This document shows positions 56,507 through 64,000 of a DNA stretch of 64,000 nucleotides, in pieces; within the stretch, counting starts at the first letter, position 1, and each line of letters opens with the position of its first letter. The notes under the pieces were generated by a model that saw nothing but the letters and a program-made list of their open reading frames with translations, searched no databases and was not told the origin of the DNA. The DNA is from Dudresnaya verticillata (Eukaryota): assembly GCA_977862235.1 (NCBI GenBank), contig OZ374559.1, positions 2,728,001-2,792,000 of the forward strand, in the 5' to 3' direction. The translations under genes and the position numbers were made by a program.

Positions 56507-58924
56507 GTTGGAGTTGCGGGTTGATTTGTAAACGGGATAGAAATGTAGCACAGAAGGTGTGTTGATGTGTTGAGGAGTTGTTCTGGAAGGGTGCGGGTGC
56601 AGATGGAAAGTATGCTGTGTGAATGTGTGTGTGAGTGAATAGAGTGTGCTTTGCTGCTGTGCAGAAGTACCGCAATGATTTAGGTGGTTTGAGTCTTTGG
56701 TGAGCCGCCCAGCACTTATATAGCCTTAAGTAAACTTCATACAGCATCGCCACGATCTCGGCGCAACGACCTCGCAAACCTTGACTTCATACTTTGTGAG
56801 GCGCACTGTGACACAGCACGATGGCATGTGGCTATTCTCGACTATAGTCTAGAACAAGAACAGCGCTGCAGTTCCAACGTAACGTAACAGCTGACGCACA
56901 CAGCCGCAGAAAAGTTGTGATGTACCTCGGGGAAGAAGCGTTGCGCGCCACTCGCTCTAGTAAAATGAGAGGGGGAACGAGCGCCCACCCGACGCCAACT
57001 GGCGGTGGTAGTTTAGGCACAACACCAGCGGCCAATGAGTGCGGCGGAAGAGTGAAAGACTAGGAAACATCTCCGAGATATTCCAACAGGACGGTCCAAG
57101 TATGTACACGCAGTGATATGCGGTGATAGCCTTTGGCATTCGTAGCTGCAGTTCACAGCAGCTGAACCTTTTGTCTTGACACGTTACACAAATCTCGTAG
57201 CTTCAACTGCTACCGCACGTTCTCCGTCACCGCCGCCAGCAAGCGTTCTGCCGCCAATTCACTTGGACGCTGCAGGTAGAGTCATTAGCCATCATGCGAT
57301 CATGCGATATGTGCGGCCTTTCTAACCTCGAGGCTCCCTGCACTTGTTAGAACGCTGTGCCGTTTCAAAGCTATGACCACACATAAATCCGGAAAGAGGG
57401 AACAAATGGTGTAACAGTAATAATATAACATTACCACAATCTCACTGCATTATATCTCTGCACATCTGAGCTGCTAAGGACGACTGCATATTCTTGTTGC
57501 CCGTCTCCAGGCCACCTGTTCGCTCCAGAATGTTGCATTCCCGTCACACCTTGCTCCACTTGCACAGCCGCAGGTGGACCGGGGCCTTGGAACACTTGGC
57601 TCAGCCACCATCTCGTAGAAAGCGGAATGGCACATATGAGCACCTAAAGCACACACAGACAAGACACACATTACCGCACAGTCAAAGCCTTATTGACGTT
57701 TCCGTAACCTTCAAAGCACTTCATACAGTTTCAATGTATCCGACGACGTGAATCAAACCGACCTTTGTCAAAGTACTCGCTTTGTTATACTCTCACGGCT
57801 GCCTCCAACGAGGTTCGCAAGCTCGTGCAGCATAAAAACGAACTGATAAAAACCCCTTCCGACTTTCTACAGACTATCACAATATTCACACAGTATGCCC
57901 CTTCACGAACGTTGGCACCTTCGCGGAGTTGTATTGCAGCTGAAATGAGAAATGAGAAAGCTCACAGTGCAAGTTGTACAGCAGCAAACACCGCCACGGT
58001 ATCAGGTGTGACTTGTGTGCTCGAAAGACTCGAGACTGCCCCACTCGCTTTCCGCACATCACACTCTCAGTACGGTGCTGTTTGATTTGAATACGATGCC
58101 ATTTCACAGCCGTATAGTTTATGAAGAGTATTGAGCCCGTACCGGCCGAAGAAGGTAGACACGGTACATGGTATTGCTGCTCACTCGAACTCATACAATG
58201 CAAAATGGAGCAAACTGCTGCAATTGGACGCGTGCCAATGTATCATTGTGCCATCATAGTCACATTCTCTGAAACGGTGTTGCCTGCGCTCAGTATCCCA
58301 GAAAGATCTCAAATATCGGCAGATCTGACACGAGCGGGCACAGTAAAAGAGTAAAACATCACGACGCAGGCCAAACGAGAAAGAGGGGGAGGATGTAGGG
58401 AGGCGGAAGGAGAGGCGGCTGTAACAAAAAAAGGAGACGTGAACGTTGTGCGCGATGCCGAGGTGAAACGTGAGGCAGGGAGCCTGTTGTTGGCGCAAGC
58501 ACTTTCAATATTGTTTCATCCTGTGGCTACGATTATGAATGCCGACAATCATAGGCACAAGTGAGTCTTTCCGAGCGAACGGTAAAGGCGTTTGTTTGTA
58601 GTCGAATGCATTAGACCTAGATCCTGAGTTTCAGGGGCTTGCTACCATGTGCAAGCGTAACATTTGATCCTCTTCTATAAAAACCACAGAGCACGCCCAA
58701 CCCGGGGTTGCAATCAGGATCAGAAACCAACAGCAATCGACGCGAACAAGCAACTCTCCAACACAACAAATCGTCTCTGCAATCGGCTAAAGAATCCGAG
58801 ATCACCCACACATAACCAAGTCGTGCTAACCAGAAGTCAAGTCTGTGTTACACAAACCAACTGCTATACGCAATCCGTATACGCACAATCTGCCATTCGG
58901 GGTTCATCTACAGCAACCAACAAG

Positions 58925-59416
58925 ATGAAGAAATCCTTCCTCATCTCATCTATCCTGTGCACCATCATTGGCACCTGCACAGCTGTCAGTCTCAAGCCAA
59001 TCTCCGAGGTTTCTCATGCTCTCAGTAACACGTGCTCAAGCGACACCATGATCCATTCTTCAGGATTTATGTGTCACATAATCTACAAGAACGGAAGGAT
59101 GACGAAGGAGCTCCATTCGCTTTGTATTCAAGTGTTTGGACGGTCTGCCTTTGTGTCGAATGCTTTCTGCGAACCATTTATGTCCAAGGGCGTGGTGCAA
59201 TTGAAATCTCTTGTGCAGAGCTCGATTTCTTGCGTCAACAGCGATCTAAAGGGCACCTTCCGACAGCTCGTACAGGTCACATCCTTGGACAAGAATATGG
59301 GAAGGATGGAACTGTTGGCCAAGGCGGTGCGGTTCCCTTGGATTCTGGTCTTGAAGATCTTGATAATCGCGATCGAGATTGCCATTCTGATTCTGGAAGA
59401 GACTGGAGGTCCTTAG
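58925..59416 (+). CDS. Gene A copy 7 (variant: C48F, K151E)
   Basis: Open ORF with GCMC changed to GFMC (codon 59066-59068) and AIKIA changed to AIEIA (codon 59375-59377). Confidence 0.8.
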   Translation: MKKSFLISSILCTIIGTCTAVSLKPISEVSHALSNTCSSDTMIHSSGFMCHIIYKNGRMTKELHSLCIQVFGRSAFVSNAFCEPFMSKGVVQLKSLVQSSISCVNSDLKGTFRQLVQVTSLDKNMGRMELLAKAVRFPWILVLKILIIAIEIAILILEETGGP

Positions 59417-60028
59417 TCTTGCTGGCAGTAATACATAACATGAACATCCTTTGCTTGTGCCACTAATTGTATAAAGTAAGCAAAAATGCAGACTAATGTA
59501 TAAAACGTTTTATGCTTTTCAAGCACTTCATCCCTTTATCCCTTTATTCAAATCTTCCTACTCTCGAGGTTGTAATGCATCATTTTACAAACTTACATAC
59601 AAAGTACCTCCATGTTTCCAGCAACAAATTCTCTTCTAAAGCATCAACCACACTTCTCCATTGATCCATCCTGCCTGCATGTCCATCTCACTAATAGGAT
59701 ATGTCACTACCAGCAAGACCAGATCCAGTGCGACGGTTTACTTTAGTGGCTGCTCCCTTTGTTTTTGATTTTCCTCCCCTGGTGGATTACGCTCACTACC
59801 AAAAAAACAACTAACGCTTCCGCTTTGACCTAGTAGTGAAGCTTAGTGATGGTAAACTTTTAATGGTTGTTTTAGGTGGTCCCGATCGGGCGGGGCGACT
59901 TGAAGGCCCATGTGCGTGTATTAGTGACCTAAACTCATTTCAGAGCCCTACTCGGTTGTCCCGTCGACCTGCTCCTGGACGAGGCGAGTACACTCTAAAC
60001 ACTCTAAAGTTGAGTAAACATTTATATT

Positions 60029-60304
60029 TGTAGGCCACTAGCGATATGGCCCAGAGCGTTTGTAGGCCACTAGCGATATGGCCTAGAGAGTTCTGGTAGT
60101 TGACATTTAGAATCCACGCGGACAGCCTACACCTGTAGCACACGTACAGCCGGTCATCATCGACCGGGTGCAGCCCAGCATCGCACCGCTTATTCTACGG
60201 TACTTAAGCCATCGGGTATGGCCCTCTCCTACAATAAAGGAGGAGGACATCAGTTTCTCCCACGCACAGTTCCCAGGTTAGACCACGGCTAGGGATCTGC
60301 CACA
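60029..60304. mobile_element. 276-bp insertion, probably a solo LTR, present only in unit 7
   Basis: TGT...ACA ends flanked by TATT (60025-60028, 60305-60308); the empty site is visible in units 1-6. Contains AATAAA and a 32-bp tandem duplication at its left end. Confidence 0.75.
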
Positions 60305-60612
60305 TATTCACCTGATCCTGGCGATTTCCACCCCATGCAGGCTCTCGAGCTGAACCAGGCCATCACTCTCTTCGTCTGTACGAAATTCCCTTCGAACTTC
60401 CCGCGATGGTGATAGAAACATTGCGAGTCATTTCGTCACCCATTTAAGCGAACTTCATTTCTGCTGCGGAGAACGGCATCTTCCCCACCCATTAAGAGAC
60501 TCGCCTTATTTACGAGTCTGTTTCTACTGTTATTGGGAATAAACTGAGCCGTTGCTTTCGAGATTGCTTGTCAGCATTCGTAGGCTTCTTGACGATGCAG
60601 AGTTGAAAAGGT

Positions 60613-60865
60613 GATGGAGACCTTTATGCATAGGAAAGACTACAGCCCCGCAAGGGGGCTTATCTAAAACTCATCTGAAAGGCGACGGTCGAAGAGTAAA
60701 CGGCGGTTAACAGCCACCGCAACAGATTGAAGTACAAGAGAGGTGAGGTGGGTGAGAAGAGATAGTTTCTCAGATATCGGCGAAGTACCCTTCATAGTAG
60801 CTAGGAAATTCGCCACGCGCTGAGCGCCTCGATCGAGCCCAGAACCAATGGCACCATAGATCTCC
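60613..60865 (-). mobile_element. 5'-truncated RLE non-LTR fragment (ORF2 C-terminus plus 3' UTR) at the array's right end
   Basis: IYGAIGSGLDRGAQRVANFLATMKGTSPISEKLSLL...VAVNRR with stop at 60664-60666, then the stem-loop agcccc-cttgc-ggggct and ataaaggtctc. Confidence 0.85.
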
Positions 60866-61326
60866 TCAGTGGCGAGGCGTGCCGCGTAGCGCTGGAGGCT
60901 GGGGATTTGCCGGAGGCGCGGAACGAGCGGGTCTGCTGTGGAGGCGGCGTGGCGACTGGCAGCTGCGGAGCGGATGCTCTTGTGTGCATCTGTTCTCTTC
61001 CCTCCCGCACGCGTTGCCATAGTTCTTAGTGCACTTGTGGCGCCCTGGGATCGTGCCCTGATCAGCCGTCTGATATACCGCCCGCTCGTAGCTGTCTTGG
61101 TGCGATCCGTCATCCGCGGTGCCCGCATCCTCGCCTGAGCAGCGGCTTCCCACACCGCCCGCTCCCGCCCCCGGACCATCCTGAACAATCCGATCGCACG
61201 GATGTTCCGGCCTAGTCGAAGGAAATGGCAAACACGACCTTTGATCCCGTGCCCCTTTCCACTGTGCACACCTACAACATGCGACGGACACACCGACCAC
61301 GCTGTTTGATGATCAATTTGTATTGA

Positions 61327-61587
61327 GAGAGGAGGCCTTTATTAAAGAACAAGAGAGAAGCCCCTTAAAGGGTTTCTGTTCTTCAGTCCCCATTCTATTC
61401 ATGGTTCCACTGGTCGCGTTACTGGCCAAGCTATTGAAGCTCGCGAACGTGTCAAACGCTCAAATTGCCGCCGCGTATGCGCTAGTTTGGATATGGTTCT
61501 CCATCCTATGGTTGTAGATGTCTATGGCCGTGTTGGATCTGGCTTTGAAGTCGGCGCCCAACGTATTGCTAATTTCATTGCCAGCAC
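61327..61587 (-). mobile_element. Short 5'-inverted copy of the 1129-5665 non-LTR family with 11-bp TSD
   Basis: The family 3' UTR lies on the minus strand (~61327-61377), and an internal segment matching ~5276-5479 lies on the plus strand (61383-61586). ATTTGTATTGA occurs at 61316-61326 and 61588-61598. Confidence 0.85.
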
Positions 61588-63283
61588 ATTTGTATTGATG
61601 TGGCCAATTGATCACGCCGACCGCCGTTTTCCCGCCTCCTCCACCGTTATTCATGGCCTTCCCCCACCTACCGCGCCTTCTTTATAGCGCGGACGCGCAC
61701 GTCACCATACCGGAACTCACACTTCTATAAACTACAAAATCCCGTGCGCTGGGGCGCACGCGAGTGCATCCATCATGCCGCGATTATCGCCCTCTTTCGT
61801 CCCCCTCCTCCCGTCTCCCAGCCCCCCACAACCACCCCTCCCTCTCCTTCCCTGCGCTCTCTCCCTCCTCAACCCCCTCCCTCTCCCCCTCTCAACCACC
61901 AACACACCGCCGCCGCACCGCCGCACCGCCGCCGCCTCGCACTTCCTGCCCCCGCCGACCTCGAGCATGATGATGATGAGGAGGAGGGTTCTCCTGCGAG
62001 TCAGACCAGACTCTGCGCCCCCCTCCTGTAGTAGTTCTTCTTCCCGCCACTTGCATGCCCCGAGCGGGGCCCCTGGCCTTCGAGCAGTCCCGCTAATCGA
62101 CCACCCGCCCCGTCGGTCAGCGACCCGCCCCGGCAGTCAACAATCGGCCTGTCGATGCCCCGCCTCGCTGCTTAATGCCCCTCCTTGTGCACGCCTGCCC
62201 CGCGTGCTCTACACCGACGCATTGCCGCAAACTGTACACACAGTAAGCACCCCGCCCCACCGCTGGACATCCCGCTCGATCACGCAGTCCCCTGCTGACT
62301 GCCCCGCATGCTGTCCCTCGCAGTTCGCGGCCCCCAATCCGGTCGAACCCGAGTTCGGGGCTTTCAAGAACAAGTGTGGTAAAACAAGAAGAAGTGCAGA
62401 ATACATTTATGAAGATAACGATGCAATAAGTTGACTACTGTTTTGCTGGCCCTGACCCACTGTCCTTTGCAGTCGATTCCCTCTTCCCGCGGTGCTCCCT
62501 GCGACAATTCGTCTTTCCCTTGCTCCCTGTGCGATGTTTATTCAAACCACGGGATGCATTCTTCAGCTCTTGATTAAAAGATCTCACGGTGGTCAACCAA
62601 TTCGGCAAGCTAGAACTTGGACTTGAGCAACACCTTCTTCGCAAGATATTTTTCCTTTCGAGGATAGTAGCGACTAATGGCTGATACGAGATCCTTGCCA
62701 AGTCCGGAGAAGGCCTCGTTTAGAAGCTTCTTGTTCCCCTCTTTTCCTTATCGTTCTGCTGAACGCCTTCCTTGTTCTATGCATACATCTTCAACGTACT
62801 TGCGCTCCAAGAATCGAACATATGGTAAACGTTGTCATCTTCCTGTTCCTGTCTCCCGTTAGACATCGCCGGTCCCAAAGCTCCCTCACTGCCTTCCTCT
62901 CGTCCAGCCTCTTTCATCTTTCTGAGGTCTATTGATCCGTCATGCTGCAACAACCCCTCACCGCCCCATCCAAGACCGTCCGATGACCAGTACGCAGTAG
63001 CTTTCCTGTTTCTTCCAAGTCTCGCCCATACTTGGTAAAGTTCTTCGTTGAAACGTTCGAAAGACTTCATCAATTCAAGCAGAAGAAGCGGCTGCACCGA
63101 TATCGTCCGGGATGGCGACATATTTCCTCTCGGTTCCTCTCTGCCAACATTGTTCTCAACTTCGATGGAATACGCGGACCTTGGACAACGTTGAAAGCAT
63201 TCAAGGACGCATGACAAATTCGTTTGTCCTTTTGATACTGTCTGCTATTTAATTGGAGTTTAGCGTTAGCTGCTAGGCGTTGT

Positions 63284-63411
63284 CAACTGTTAGCCGCAAA
63301 CATTTGGCAACGGTTAGACCTAACAGTTTGGATGCAACTTTTGGCAACTGTTAGCAGCTAACAGTTGCCCGTTTTGGCAACTGTTAGTAGCTAACGGTTG
63401 CCAACTGTTAG
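63284..63411. repeat. Cluster of ~8 direct and inverted (GG)CAACTGTTAG motifs
   Basis: Includes a perfect 13-bp inverted repeat, ggcaactgttagc-a-gctaacagttgcc (63343-63369), and a near-perfect one at 63376-63402. Confidence 0.8.
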
Positions 63412-64000
63412 TATGCGTTTTCAACCAACACTGCTGCGAACTCTAATTTTATGGCCTATTCAGGTGGCGCTGGATACCCTTTTGTATAGAAGTACTCTTT
63501 CTCTTTCAGGTAGAAGCAGGAGACAGCTACTAAGTGGGAAGCCTTCTCAGTAACTAAGTGGAAGCAATATCGGACTGTTTTTTCATTTGCTGCGAGTCAG
63601 ACACGTCTCTGCGCCAAGATTGAAGGTATTTCGCTACCTCCCGGCTCTATTTGTGGGCCTGCGGGACGTAGTGTAGGGAGGCTGCGCTGGCTTGCCATTC
63701 AACCGACCATCCTGATCTTATTGAATAGTCATCGTGCTCCACTTCCAAGCCTGAGGACCGTATCGCGCTCTTTACTATATTAATAGTAACTCCAATACGA
63801 GAGCAGCGTAGCTAAAAGCAGACGACATGGCTCTATAGTTCTTTCATGCCGATAATCTTTCCCCAGTTGTCTGTTTCACTCCGCAGCCTTCCATGAAAGG
63901 GGAAGAAGTTCAATTTACGCTGGGAACAAAGGTTGAGATGTCTATTCTGTCTCTTGATGTGAGTGGCTTCGTTTCAGGTTTGCGAGCCCCATCGCGGGTC

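Larger units (their letters stand above)
14045..60612. repeat. Tandem array of a 6510-bp three-gene unit: six full copies plus a partial seventh
   Basis: ORFs recur every 6510 bp. Unit starts are 14045 (interrupted by the Copia element), 25834, 32344, 38854, 45364, 51874 and 58389. The seventh unit ends at ~60612 against a non-LTR fragment. Confidence 0.97.

Noticed and set aside
61732..62434. Pro-rich ORFs and an NPVE motif reminiscent of Tc1/IS630 transposases
   Set aside because: C-rich low-complexity DNA explains the open frames, and the D-E spacing and context do not fit convincingly.
62435..63217. Short minus-strand ORFs as a possible gene
   Set aside because: Fragmented across frames with stops; no family recognised.

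Overview
Eukaryotic, transposon-rich DNA. Compact genes and the element types suggest a red alga, but that is inference. The first ~19.4 kb is a retroelement cluster. It holds several RLE-type (CRE-like) non-LTR elements, one complete (1129-5665; two ORFs coupled by TAATG; 11-bp TSD). It also holds a decayed chromodomain-bearing Ty3/Gypsy element (6021-11477) nested in another non-LTR remnant, two orphan genes, and an intact, very young Ty1/Copia element (14139-19412). The Copia element has non-canonical AAT...ATT termini, a half-tRNA-iMet-type PBS and a PDS5/MSH6-like Tudor domain after its integrase. From 14045 to ~60612 there is a head-to-tail array of a 6510-bp unit (six full copies plus a diverged partial seventh). 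Each unit carries an SRR1-domain gene flanked by two convergent paralogous genes. These encode secreted six-cysteine proteins that end, after a basic residue, in an amphipathic FPW...LKIL...AI helix, so they are candidate precursors of membrane-active peptides. The last 4 kb has a solo LTR, truncated non-LTR copies (one with a twin-priming-type inversion and TSD) and a cluster of inverted CAACTGTTAG motifs. All family assignments come from motif recognition by eye; no database searches were run.
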